Below, piece after piece: positions 12,366 to 25,540 of a DNA stretch of 64,000 nucleotides. Location: contig JAQGDQ010000447.1 in NCBI GenBank assembly GCA_030141605.1, positions 62,001 through 126,000 of the forward strand, written 5' to 3'. Position numbers and translations under genes: made by a program. The notes beneath the pieces were generated by a model. The model was not told the DNA's origin and made no database searches. It saw only the letters and a list, made by a program, of their open reading frames with translations. This DNA comes from Tubiluchus corallicola. Lineage: Eukaryota > Animalia > Priapulida. Each line of letters begins with the position of its first letter. Within the stretch, counting starts at the first letter, position 1.

Positions 12366-13431
12366 TTGTGAAATTGCAGCTCCATCTATCCGTGACCATC
12401 GTCACTGATGAGCAGTTATATTGCAGCAGCTCCAGGATTTGCTTCTTTGTTGCATAACTTTATCTTCTAAATATAGCCAGAGAACCAGCCACCAGTTGCT
12501 AAGTGGAATTTGGCTAAATTAAATAGACGATGTGTAATCGTTTGTCGGGGGGAGCTGGTTAGATTCTCAGGCCATTGTGTTTACTGTTTAGTACGCAAAC
12601 AGTTGCAATGTTGCTGGTAACTTCGCGTCTTGTGCAGTTAAAATATTTGAGGTTGAGAGTAAGAATGTTGTTAACGAACCACGTGGTATAATTAGCAGAC
12701 GAACATAAACTACAGGTTAATATTCTAAGTTCGTTGCTTGTTCTAACCGCTAGCAACCTGTAGTGGTCAAACTCAAACACAGTCATATATTATGGTAGTT
12801 CAATGTGCAATATTTAAACTGGAAAACAGCTGACTCGTGGCAGTCTTATCGGCTAGAGATAAACACAGGCGCAGAATAGACTTAACTTGCGCTGCAGCCT
12901 TTATTACGTGAATTTCTGAGTCTTTTATGTCTGATATTACAGCCGTTTAGCGTGGCCTTTTGGCTGCCGCACTACATTTTTTAGCTGTAGTGAAGGTTTC
13001 TACTTGACGAACTATTATTTTGCGAAGGATATCGAGTTGTTTTATTGTATCAATATAAGTCACGCGTTATTTTGCTCATGAAACAAGCAGGCTGCTAGAC
13101 TCGCCTGGGGTGATGATGTGAAATTACTGAACAGTTTGCATGATTGCTTTGAACGGATTAAGAAAAAAATCGTCACTCGACAAGATTCAGCTGGAAAATC
13201 ATTGCGCGTTGACACGGAATGTGTTGGCTGTTTAGAGAATTTTGGTGAGGAATAATTCATTTTTTTATTACGGGCACTAAATAAGGTTTATAATTGAAAC
13301 ACCACAACATAACTGGGACTTATTATAATAAAAGAAGGTTTATCTATATACCCTAATAAGCCTTCTTTTAATGTACAAAGCAGTTCAATTCCTTTAACTT
13401 TATTTCCAAACACTTAGCTATTTGTTGCCGC

Positions 13432-13841
13432 ATCAATTTCTTTTCTACACATCTGCTTAATCATTACCTATTTGGCTTTTTGTTAATACACAATTAGTGC
13501 ATGTTAATAATTTACTGTATCAATTTCTTTTCTACTGGTCTGCTTAATCATTACCTATTTGGCTTTTTGTAAATACATAATTAGTGCATGTTAATAATTT
13601 ACTGTATCAATTTCTTTTCTACTGGTCTGCTTAATCATTACCTATTTGGCTTTTTGTAAATACATAATTAGTGCATGTTAATAATTTACTGTATCAATTT
13701 CTTTTCTACAGGTCTGCTTAATCATTACCCATTTGGCTTTTTGTACATACATAATTAGTGCATATTAATAATTTACTGTGTTAATTTCTTTTTTACTGGT
13801 CTGCGTAATCATTACCTATTTGGCTTTTTGTAAATACATAA
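13432..13841. repeat. Tandem repeat, 87 bp x ~4.7
   Basis: ATCAATTTCTTTTCTAC at 13432, 13519, 13606 and 13693; variant at ~13780. Confidence 0.95.
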
Positions 13842-14063
13842 TATAAGATAAGATAATATTTATTTTCATCGGTATGATTTAAAACAGTACATATTTGTAA
13901 AAAATATATCAAACATAATGTATATGAGTGATAACATGATAATAATATGCACTTCTTAAAATCTTTTGGATGCCACCAGAGAAATAGTGCATAATTAGTG
14001 CATAATATTCTACTCTTAGGCTCTGCCTAATGCCCATATAAACTTGTTGTGTTTGTAAAAATT

Positions 14064-14106
14064 TACCACTGATGATGACAGCAGTAGCTCTGTAGAAACG
14101 TTTGAC
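14064..14106 (+). ncRNA. Degenerate minimal type-I hammerhead ribozyme
   Basis: CCA-CTGATGA-TGACAG-cagtagct-CTGTA-GAAA-CGTT-TGA: both conserved boxes present, stem II ACAG/CTGT, palindromic ACGT stem III; stem I and the stem II closing pair are mutated. Confidence 0.55.
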
Positions 14107-14805
14107 ATAATTTTCTAATTACGTGAATTAAAACTAAATAAAGTTGTGGTGTTTTAATCATGAATGTTTTATTGTATTTTGGTTAAATAATTCAGTTATT
14201 TTGACTATTCTGGTTTTCGCGTTCGTCTGTTTTGTCACTGAAGACCCAGTCAGCTCATATATGCTCGAGCCTTATAACAAGATGTATCTTAAAATCAATA
14301 TTATTAAAATAATTTTGATCTGAATTTTTATTCCTCATTTAAATTTATTTCTTTTCTTACAGTCTTTTTCTTCTCCAAAAAAACTGCTCTAGGAAAATGA
14401 TAAAATCATTACAAATAGAATATTGATTATCTTTCATTAATTATTATAAGACCTAGTTTTATTTACACTAAACTCAGTGGTTACTGCATGTATATTTTTG
14501 GCAAGTGAAGTTGAGAAAAAACGAACTCATTGAGTAGATGGATGGGTGACTGCTGAACTCAATAGCAATGTTAGTGATTTCACTTGATCTATTGTCAATG
14601 GCTGTTTACTTTGCAATAGGATGAATGCACATCTGAATCTGATCGAGACGCTTCTGTTGATCATGTGTTTAGAGAATACTCCTCGAGCTAGGTTTCGGTC
14701 CCTCCATAAGCGTATATCTTGAGTAGGTCCTTTCTTTTGGTGCTGGATTGCAGAGTACCAAATTGCGTAGAAAAATATTTATCGTGTAATAGATGTGTCA
14801 GATTG

Positions 14806-14807
<2 letters not shown>

Positions 14808-14847
<40 letters not shown>

Positions 14848-14860
14848 CGTGTGTGCGTGT
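14808..14860. repeat. (TG)n microsatellite
   Basis: Visible directly in the sequence. Confidence 0.98.
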
Positions 14861-16150
14861 AAATAATTAACATTAGCTTAGCTACTTTGCAAACAAAGAA
14901 TCAGAGACAATAAATACCACAGTCAATGCTCAGTAGCAACATTTTTAAAAATTCTTCGTTATAATACGCTAAGTTTTAATTTATTGGCAGGTGAAATCAT
15001 CCACACAGATGACCGTAGGCTATTTTTGTTGTCAAGATTGCATTTTTGCTTAATAGCTGTAAAATTACTGCGCCAATTACTGTCAATTGAGGTTTAAAAT
15101 CTTGGCTTGTAAGTAACCCCATAGGGTAGACAAACTTGCAAAAAACTGCACTGCTGCAGCTCGTGTGCGTGGAGGACAACGTTAGGGCGTCTTCACATTT
15201 ACGCGATTCATGCGCACAGGTTAAGCGGCTAAGCTGTTTGCGTATTTCAGCTCAGTGAAGCTAAGCGGTTTGGCAGACCTATCGTTATCAGAGCTATAGC
15301 TATTAACAATGACAGCACAGAAGCTGCCTTGGTGTGTATGTGCCTTTAGGTTTAGCGCTGAATTGTCATATCCATCGAGTAAGCTAGTTAAGCACACAGA
15401 TAACTAGCTAAGCAGCCAAACACACGAATGAGCAAATCGCACACTCTACCACGTAAAATTAAAGACCCATACCACCAACCAGTCTGCCAGTGAAGTACTT
15501 AGTCAACCAACTGATTCGCCAGCTCGCCAGTTAGGAAATCAGCCAACCTGCTAGTCAGCTAGGCTAGCTAAATGAACATATGACCAATTGGTCAGTCAAT
15601 GAAAATGAATAAAGCAATCACAACCGCACGAAAGACAACTAAGCAAGCTACCAAATGCCAACGAAGTAGCCAACCAACTTGTCGATCAACTAGGTAGTCA
15701 GCTAGCAGTCAGCCGGCCGTCAGATAACTATAAGCAGAGAAGTTAAGTCACAAATCACTCACAGAATCAAAGAAGGTTTATAAAATATACATTCTAGTAC
15801 TTGGAAGAATCTTCCTACATTCTTTATATAATTACGCTTAAACGTGTGACTAGAAAAAAATGCTGTGACTTTTCAAGCGTTATGAAGGTTAATCGTTTCT
15901 CTAACCAAAGAAAAGCCATCATTGGATTTTGTGTTTGTACGACACCAGCCCACTAATGATTACTGGGTACTTGTAGTATAATTACATAGCGGTATGGTTA
16001 CTGGAGTGCTTAGGGGGTCGGGCTGTAGTTGAGCAGTAAAAAAGAGCTAGTCGTGTCGTCACTACCAGTTCATCTGTGTGTACGGACACTCTTGGAAGTT
16101 TTTTTAGTGGTCAGTAGGAAATACGCGCTTTCTGGAAACTTCGGCTAAAA

Positions 16151-16531
16151 TCCTTTTCACAGTTTCGTTGTGCGCACGCATAGATGCTGTAGGTCAAAGG
16201 TTATGTGTACCATAGCAACGCATCTTAACTACAACCATCAAGTGACATGTGGGGAAAGCAAAGCCGTCTGCCCCATCAGTTTGTAACTTAACTTGTTTTA
16301 CGTGGATTTTACTTATTATGCATTGTGTGCGCGTAGAGTGATTTACTAACAGAATCTTGCTTGGGGACAAGAAAAATGAACTAGGTAAGGCGCTAGCTAG
16401 CTGTTAAAACTGTTGCTATTACAATAGATTGGGCTGCGAGGTGTTGCCAAGTGTACACAAATACGTTGTCTGGTACACTTAACCTTTGACCTTTTCACGA
16501 TTATCATCAACCGCTGGAACTGTGAAAAAGC
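16151..16531. mobile_element. PIF/Harbinger-like MITE family F
   Basis: TIR CTTTTCACAGTT...AACTGTGAAAAAG; internal inverted AGGTCAAAGGTTA; homologues at ~45805-46183 and ~47700-47830 (reversed, partial). Superfamily assignment tentative. Confidence 0.7.
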
Positions 16532-17391
16532 TTATGACTGTGAATTACTAGTGAAAATAATTACTAGATGAAGTGAGTATAAGTAGATTATAGAGATTGC
16601 TAAATGTATTAAACTTGTTTCAATCTCTCTAACAATCCACTGCTGCTCGAAAATGGTTTAAAATTGAATTCCGCTCACTGACTTGACTTGGTTCGCTACA
16701 CAGTGAATTTTCTTTTCTAGTCCATTACTACTGAACGTGCTAATTGTGACGACCCACAACTGCAACTCAGTGAATTGATTTTCACCATCGTCATCGTTAT
16801 TGTTATTTTGAACATCGTAAACAAAGGTAAACAAATTATAAACGACTTGTTTACCAGGACAAAAGCGCACTCTGACCTGACTGTTAGTTAACCTTTGCAT
16901 TTTGTTTTCAATATACGACCAGCCTACTGCATGCTATAACGTATCTACTTGCCAACTCAGTGTTGTTATTGTTATTGTCGCTTGAAAATTGTAAACAAAA
17001 TGTGTTTATTACGAGTGCGTATTTGTAAACATGTTTGCACATGGGCAAAAAGTCACAGCCTTGTCTTATGATTGCTAGTGAATGTTTTTGGTTTTCAAAA
17101 TACGCCTTATCCTATACAACAATTACAATTATATTGTGCTACGTCATGTTGATATCAATGGTCCTCATGTATCAGTGTTCGAGTGACTCGCAGGGTGTAC
17201 ACACACTCTATAGTTTCAGTCTTGAGTTCGAATCCGGGACCATACAAAGTTATGAACTTTGTTTGACCTATCTATATACTATATTGACTTGCTGGTAGTT
17301 GGTTGGTCACTAGCTAGCACGCTTACAAGTTTTTATATATCATTTAACTGTACACGTTTTTATTTTTGCTAATTTGTTATAAGTTCACGAC

Positions 17392-18675
17392 CAGGGCCGC
17401 GTCTGCTATTAGGCAAACTAGGCAGTTGCTTAGGGCACCAAAATTCTGTTAGCAATTTTTTTATTTTTATGTTTAGCAGGTAGCTGCTTTTGTAGAAACA
17501 GAAACGAACTGCTTGAGTTATTTTCCTGTGAAATTGTATAATTCACCCGCGCTAACAAGGAATTTTCTTCAGCAAAACATGTTCTGCTTTTACCTTTTCT
17601 GGCTTCCAACGATTACGTCATCTCACGTAAATATATTACTACTAGGGGTGAGCATCGAACGTTCGAATCGAATTCGAAGGAGTTTTTTTTCAGTTCGAAT
17701 TCGATTCGAATCCAAAACTATAGATTCGAATAATTCAGCACTTCAATCACATATGTTCTTTATCACTAAAACGATTGAAACATCATGCAATTAGCATAAT
17801 TTAGCTGTGATTTCTGCGCACAATTTTAAACGAATTACTAGTCGTTTTATTGCAGAACAAAATCTAGTGATATGCATGATCTTTGTAAGACTAATTTTTA
17901 CTGGTGGTTCGAAAACTTGTTCGAAAATCTTTCAATCTCAATTCGAATTCGAAACATTGAAGTTCGGTTCGATTCGAATTCGAAAGTCACAAATTCGGTT
18001 CGATTCGAATTCGCTTTCTGGTAGAGAATGCTCACCCTTAGTTACTACAGTTTATAGCACGCGTGGAGCAGCAAAGAAAGTAATGATGACGACGGCGGCG
18101 GCGGCGGCGGCGGCGATGATGATTTAAAGTCGGCTTTTGGATGAACAATTAACATAAGCTCAAACAGCTTTTTTTTGAAAGCGAACTGGTTGAGAAACGA
18201 GCGACACCTTCCGTTAAATAAAAGAAATTCTTGCGATAGCTTTTGTAACAGATAAACGTTCGTAAGTGTAATACGGAAAACGACAGGTAAAAAAGCACTC
18301 GACATTGAACAGCAAAAAGATTTGTAGAGATGTAGAGTAAAGATGAAACTAGTGAAACAGATGTATGTGAAAAAGAGGATACAGTGTTTTAAAAGCTGAG
18401 TGAAAATCTTGCCAACAGTATGATGTGTAGCAGCAATTTTCATTGGCCCTGAAGACCCAGGACGTACAATGAGTCATAAGTTCAAATTCAACCAATGCAA
18501 GAATTTAAGTTGCAGATAAGTAATTAGCTAGCGTTAATTAGTGTACTATAATACATGTATACTTAATTACATACAACACGTGTAACGAATCGAGGGGGAA
18601 GGGGTTTACCGTTGATGAAGGGGTGCTAAAAATACTGTTCCCTAGGAGGCGTCAAAGTACCTAGAGCCGGCCCTG
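17392..18675. mobile_element. hAT-like non-autonomous element containing a nested family A MITE
   Basis: TIR CAGGGCCG...CGGCCCTG; 8-bp TSD TTCACGAC/TTCACGAT. Confidence 0.8.
17643..18040. mobile_element. hAT-like MITE family A
   Basis: TIR TAGGGGTGAGCAT...ATGCTCACCCTTA; TSD ATTACTAC/GTTACTAC. Confidence 0.88.
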
Positions 18676-19118
18676 TTCACGATTATATTTACAGTGCAGG
18701 GTTAATCATCGGTTAATTCTAAAACAGCAATGTTTCAATGTTGGTTGTACATTAATTATTTCAATTCACTGCCACACGTAATGAAAACGTAATTAACTCC
18801 AGAATGGTACAAAAACAGTCTGTTTGGTGTTATTTACAATTTCGTGGAGTGCATTACGTGGTTATCGACTAGCCATACTTATCCAGGCACTCGGGTTCAT
18901 TGAAATCGCTTACGTTAGACATCGGCAGCTAGGCTGCAGCTTAGATAAGACTCGAGTGTATAACTATGTACCAGTATGAAATAATTATGACGTTAGTACA
19001 TGTATACGTGCAACGTTTATATGGCGAAATTGTTATACATGTGCTCAACTAACCATATGTAGTGCAATTAGCTGGATACCGTCAGTTGTTTCAAGGTTAG
19101 TACAAAATTAACAGAACA

Positions 19119-19621
19119 TTAAATGAAAAGTCAAGCATTCTAGGAAGTCAGGCTTATTTCAATGTTCACGAAAAATGTTAGAACGATTTAGTAATAAAAT
19201 TGCAATAAGCACCTTGTGTAACTAGTTAAATCACCCTAAAATCGCGATCATTTCATGCTCGGGCACTCCGATTTTCAACGCCCATTCTTCTTCCAATGAC
19301 GTCATTCGTCTTGAAGAAAAGTAGCGCACTGTCAAACTTTGTCAAAAGTGTAATGAGTTTTTACACAAAAATTACATAGCTAATTTTGAAATAATTTTGC
19401 GTGAACATTAGGTAAGCTGCAGAAGTTTGAATTACTTTAAGTAGTGCGCGCTTACGAAAAGTCACGAAGTCTCCCAGTTACGTCATTATTTTCAAGTGAA
19501 TGGCGGCATCCGCTAAGCTTTATAGACAGTTCTTTGTAAATCTCTTTGTTACATTTTTCTAAGTTTAAGTGAAAACAATAAAATAAACCCAACATACTGA
19601 AGGGCTTGTTCTTTCCTTTAA
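19119..19621. mobile_element. TTAA-flanked Kolobok-like MITE family D1 (uninterrupted copy)
   Basis: TTAA at both ends, ..TTTCCT-TTAA terminus; colinear with 35633-37096. Confidence 0.75.
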
Positions 19622-20284
19622 ACATGAGTTCCGTTATCAATGATTTTATGGCACGGCATGTTATGTGGATAGGCCTGTGCCTTAAACTAGGTTTTCATTT
19701 CATCTCTGCTTACCATGTCTGCTTTAAATTCAAATAAGGTTACATATTATGTCACATTGTGCATTACATGTATATGACATTTTTCACTTGTTTGTATTTT
19801 GATTTCTCCATTTTTAACGTGTCAAAGTTTTTTTGCTCTGTTTGCCTATTTTAACCTTAGTTTATAATCTTAGTTTTCTAATTATTTTTGTGTTTCTACT
19901 TGTTTTCTTTATAAATGTATCGATTAATTACACAATGTTTAATGGTTTTTGTTTATATTTGTAAATTTTATGTTTGTGTACTTACATGTGTTTATTTTTT
20001 CTTAATTTTAAATGACTGAAACCACCAATCAGGACCTCGCTGCAAATGAGCTTTGCTCGATCAAATTTATCCTGAATAAATGTCTCCTCTTATCGTTTCT
20101 TAAGGCTCCAGGTTCCAAGCTGTTAAGCTGCTTCAATGCTGCATGCACATGGTGCTCTTGTGTCAATCAACTAATGGTGATTTTCAACTTTGTTTATTTT
20201 GCAGATACGAAGCTGTCAAATGCGGCAGATCACACTAGTAATAGCTTTGCTATTCTCCGCTAATCGAAAGAACATATCGTGGTA

Positions 20285-23200
20285 ATGCCTGACGGTGAAC
20301 TAGGTGACGCTGATTCCGAGAGTTTGAATTGGCAGAAATGTCAAAGGACATTCAGTGGCGAGACATTCACACACGTGTCCACTTGCTCGTCGTACGGTGA
20401 TCCTATTCCTCCAGCACCTGATGGCGGATGGGGTTGGGTGGTCATTGCTTGCTCGTTCGTTGCTCACTGCGTGGCGGACGGCACCACATTTGCTTTTGGC
20501 GTCCTCCAGATCAACATGGTGCATTTCTTCAACCAAGGAACGGGCAAGACGGCCTTCGTTGGTTCGTTGTATACGTCTGTACCGCTTCTTGTTGCTCCAC
20601 TAGCGAGCGTCGTTGTGGAACGAGGCGGATGTCGTAAAGCCGTCATTATCGGAGGTGTCGTTGCGGCTATTGGATTCATACTCAGCACTTTCGCTCCCAC
20701 TGTGGAAGTGCTCTGTATTACAATAGGGATCATATCAGGTCTCGGTCTGTCGCTCATCTTTGTTGCCGCTATCGTCATCTTGGCGTTTTACTTTGAGAAA
20801 AGAAGATCGCTTGCCACGGGTCTGGCAACATGTGGTTCCGGGATAGGATGCTTCATTTTTGCCCCGATACTTGAACACCTTATAGATAGTTACGGCTTTC
20901 GGGGAACGTGTCTGATGGTCGGTGGCATATTTCTTCACCTGTGTATCTGCGGAGGTTTAATGCGGCCTCTTGAGTGGTCAAAGAATGTAAGAGTTTGTGC
21001 CAGTGCCAGTAACAGTACTATAAACACCCCATCAAACTCGCCCATTAAAACCACAGTACTTTCCACGAAAAATACAGGTTCAGGATCAGACATCCCTAGT
21101 GGCGAATATTTGCGTCTACTAGGTGGTGACGTTGTAGTGCCATGTGTAACAGAACATAAAAGTGCAAGACGGCATAGTGTTTCTATGAACGATCTTTCCG
21201 TGGCACCACGTCAGCTCTTTAGGACCGCAGAATTACCTAGCATTTCAGACGATCATAACGAAAATGTAGTGCATAATGGCATAATACCGAATGGTCACCC
21301 TTCAAAGACTACAGTGACCGAAAGAACTACTAGTATATGCATAGATAATATAGCTAATAATAGTGCAAACGAAGTGCCTAATAAATCAGTGCATTTAGAA
21401 GACGCTGTAGTTCCTCCTACCGTACGCATAGATGATGTAGATTTTGATGACTATGTAACTGAAGTGCAAATTAGTAAAGAAATGGCATTAAAAAACTCGA
21501 AACACTTACACAAACTGCTAACTCACAGCACAACTTGTCTTGATGACACAAACATTGCTTCCAACTGCAACTACTTTCATGGAGCAACATCATCTGGACT
21601 ACAAAGCCTCGGTGAAACAAGAGGTAAAAGCAGCCTTGAACGCGACTGCAGAAATACTTCCGTTGCGGCACAAAATGGTAGCGTGAAGCAAGCAAAGAGT
21701 CTTCCAAACATTAATGTTGTAAAGGCAGCTCCCCATAATCGAAAGCAGGCCAGTCAACGTCATCGTAACTCGGCTTCGTATGTTTTTCGAAGACCGTCCA
21801 TTGGACGAGTCTTGAGCATTCCTTGCCCTTCCCTTAATGTCAGTACGCGACCGTGCAAACACAGTCCGGCTGCTTCGTCACAGCAGCGCAATTCTCCCAT
21901 AGAAACTGTGTGGCTTAAGAGAAAGGATTTAATGCCCAATGTAACGAAAGGTGTAGGAATGAGCTTATTGGAACGACTAACAAAAAGAGAGCCACATGCG
22001 CAGCCATTACACCTGAACAGGTAATTAATTTTGTTCAAATTTGTACTTGTATATGTAGATTGTGGTCGTCTAACATTCTAAAATAAAGTTTGTGTCTTGG
22101 AGTTACCTGTGGCCTGCTAACATTAATTTAAATCAAATCACTTGCTACTAATAGCATCACTTAAATTTTTTATCTCTGTCATTTCTGCTTACAAAGAAGG
22201 ATAATATTGACAAAAGTGTCATTAGCTGAACAAGTCTATAAAATCTAATTTAATTCAAGGTCCAACAGCAATGACATTTGAGCCAAATTGGGGTGAACGC
22301 GAATTTAAACTAATATCAAACGTTCTTGAACAAATGGTTAATTTGACCAGCCTCATTCTTGGTAGCTGCCATTCTTCGAAGACAAAATGCATTTCCAAAA
22401 ACCATATGGGATGATTATTTTCCCACAGTCAACTGGCATTTCCCTTATTTCAATTTCGCCTGGTCCGTTACTCTGTGCTGATGCGCAAGTGAAGGAAAGA
22501 TAGCTACTGAAGTTGGGCCTATTTTAATAAGCCTTGACTTGGCCGTATTTGCAAGCAAAATATTTCGCGTGGTTTTTTAACTTTCGTGTATTAATTAAGT
22601 AAATTCAAAAAGCACTGTTAGGTTGGCAAACCTGCTTTACTAATAACTTGCGCATGCGTTTCTGCTGTACCATAATAAACAATGAACAGTACCATGTTCA
22701 AGACCCATGTTATACCATGACTATGATGTATTTTTAGTTTGGTATCGTTATTGGACCAATTCCGCATTTTAAAACCGACCAATCTAAATGAATCGAAATT
22801 GTTTGCGGGTTTTGTACGTGATATTTATTTAATGTTACAGACCGAAGACGGTAAGCTGTCCCGACGTCTACCATTGTTACCAGAAAATGTCTCATAAACA
22901 CCATCACCGAAAATCAAAGAAATCAGTCGAGGACATCATCAAGATCTTGAAAAGCATGTGTAACTTCTCTATGCTCAGCAATCTAACATTTCTCCTCTTC
23001 TGGATCTCCAACCTCGTTCTTTACATGTGGTACGACATTCCGTATCTCTATATCGCCGACCACGCTACATCCATCGATATATCTGACGAAAAATCCACGT
23101 TCTTGTTATCCATAATAGGCATAGCTAACACAGCTGGGCTCATACTGTTGGGCTATGCCGGTGACCAGCCTAATATCAATCCAACCTTCATCTATGCTCT

Positions 23201-25540
23201 TTCTATATGTGTATGCGGTGTCGCCACTTTCGTGGTTCCGTTCGTCTACTCCTACACTCTTCTCGTTATATACAGTTGCATCTATGGTTTCTTCATCAGT
23301 GGAAATTATGCGCTCACATCCGTCATACTGTGCAACTTGATAGGCGTGAACCGCCTCACTGCGGCGTACGGACTGATTTGCATGGGACAAGGAATTGCTA
23401 ATCTGTTGGGTCCCCCGTTAGCAGGTATGTATGGAAGAACTGACCCGCTCAGTGGGATAATTAGAAATTAAACTTTATTTTTCTACAAATAAAAAGACAA
23501 GTACAAGACAGTGCCTGAAACAACAAATACTTTTTATAGAACTAAAGTCTCTTAATATTAAAACTAGGGCTTTGTAGAACTCAGTTAAGCGTGAAATTGG
23601 GGCCTTCAATTTAAGCGTCAATCTTCGCACCCAGATTCAAAAATATGCTGGATTTTAACAGGTAAAGAAGAAAAATTGTTGAAATAAGTACGACAAAATA
23701 TCTTTCTGCACTTGTAACAATTCTCAAAGTACATCTAATAGCTTCGGATGGAAAAAGGTACCTAGGAATATTTACCAAGAGATCGAGATAAATTATACAA
23801 CATACATGTCGTTCCTTTGCCTGTCCCAGCTTATCATGTATATTGTGTACCGGAAGTGCAGCCAAGTTTTAAAGTTAGGGGAAGCAAGCACTTAAAAAGG
23901 TGCCTTGACATATACCAAGCAATTTTTAACACAGTGATTATACATTTTAATTTTATGTTTAAAATGAAAACACAGTAAAGTTTTGCAGTAAGCGTAAAAA
24001 TCTCAAAGCATAATAAAGACGTGTGTTATTTAATTATTTTAATTTTAAAAGTAAAATGGAAACAAAGTGAAGCATCGTGAAAAATGTATCACGAACGCAC
24101 TACAACAGAACTACTACAAAAATCTATGATAGTATTATTGTTTTTCTAAACCATGAACGCACTACAACAGAACTACTACAAAAATCTATGATAGTATTAT
24201 TGTTTTTCTAAACCATGAGCGCACGACAACAGAACTACTACAAAAATCTATGATAGTATTATTGTTTTTCTAAACCATGAGCGCACTACAACAGAACTAC
24301 TACAAAAATCTATGATAGTGTTATTGTTTTTCTAAACCATGAGCACACGACAACAGAACTACTACAAAAATCTATGATAGTATTATTGTTTTTCTAAACC
24401 ATGAGCGCACGACAACAGAACTACTACAAAAATCTATGATAGTATTATTGTTTTTCTAAACAATCTTAACAACAGACATGTAAATTTTGTAACACCCTCA
24501 TAATAAAACGTAAAGACCATGAAACTTGCCTTTGCAATATATATATATAATTGACAGTAGGCCTACTACTACTAGACAATTGTGTGACAGTGCTCATTTC
24601 AAGAACTCGGCAGTCGGGTTAGTCAAACAATGACTCCAGAAAATTCTTCCAAGACCCGGCGATTAAAAAAATAAAAGAAACATTCAACTTTCAGCTAAAG
24701 AGTTGAAAAAAATTATTGAAAAAGTGCCAATTTTGAAAAATATGCTCAGTAGGAGCGGTGCTCCTCTGCCCCCCCCCCTGTTAGCTATGCCACTTGTGAT
24801 CCTAGTAATCCTAGTAATTCGCGCTTGTCGTTTCCTTCTTTTGACACGATCGTGTCTTCCGATTGGTCTCTCGGCTGGCGAGATTTTGCATGATTATTAG
24901 GATACTTGTAAAATGGCTCGTTGATTATTTGTACTCGTGAATTCATACACATTAACCCCTTCCTCTACTGGAATTTAATAAAAATGTTGGAGAGAAAATT
25001 GCACAACATGCTAACCTCCAACAGAGCGATATGAGCAGCCTTATACAATGAATGTTCCTTTGTGTCAAGGTTAGTGGACGGGTGAATTTGTTCGCTTGGT
25101 GATGTTACATCTTGTATTGCATAAAGACAACTCAGTATCTTCTTCACTCCTAGAGTTTGCGATCGTCCTCGCTGTTGCCGAACAGGTGTCGAAATTTTAC
25201 CTGCGAAGCGCTGTGCCTAAACGCGTCCATGCCACATGGGCTTAAAATTAACATCTCCAAAGACAAATTTAGTGATTTGTGAATAATCAAGTTGTTATGA
25301 TTCTTTTCTGCAGGTTGGTTGCATGACTTGACGGGAAACTACCACACGTCGTTCTACGTCGCCGGAGTGTTCATCTTCGCATCCGGTCTCATCCTGACTG
25401 GCATGCCCTTTGCCAGAAGTCTGCAGATGCGCAGAAAAATGTCACAACTTCAACAAGACAAGACAGACTTTGCCGGTAACGCACTGCTCGAACGTCGCGA
25501 TGACGCCTTGATCGTATTAGAATATGAAACGACTTTGTAA
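20285..25540 (+). CDS. SLC16 monocarboxylate transporter (invertebrate long-loop, MCT12/14-like), 848 aa, 3 coding exons
   Basis: Exons 20285-22020, 22841-23424, 25314-25540 sum to 2547 nt in frame with GT-AG boundaries. SLC16 signatures PPAPDGGWGWVV, YFEKRRSLATGLATCGSGIG, GIANLLGPPLAGWLHDLTGNY; long central loop with SCPD motif; ends ETTL. Confidence 0.95.
24093..24461. repeat. Tandem repeat, 62 bp x 6
   Basis: Unit GA(A/G)CGCAC(T/G)ACAACAGAACTACTACAAAAATCTATGATAG... starting at 24093, 24155, etc. Confidence 0.97.

Larger units (their letters stand above)
13285..14175 (+). mobile_element. Penelope-like element relic (pLTR-type end with inverted partial copy)
   Basis: CTGATGA..GAAACGTT hammerhead-like core followed by AATAAAGTTGTGGTGTTTTAAT; inverted copy AATTGAAACACCACAAC near 13292. 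Confidence 0.55.

Noticed and set aside
12405-12440. Second hammerhead starting CTGATGAGC
   Set aside because: No GAAA box after the putative stem II.
20279-20284. GTG start of the 581-aa ORF and its stop at 22024
   Set aside because: Eukaryotic gene: the ATG is at 20285 and the exon is spliced at 22020 before the stop.
22841-22856. Donor ACG|GTAAGC 10 nt into SLC16 exon 2
   Set aside because: Use would frameshift and remove the C-terminal TM bundle; the sequence encodes the TVSCPD motif.
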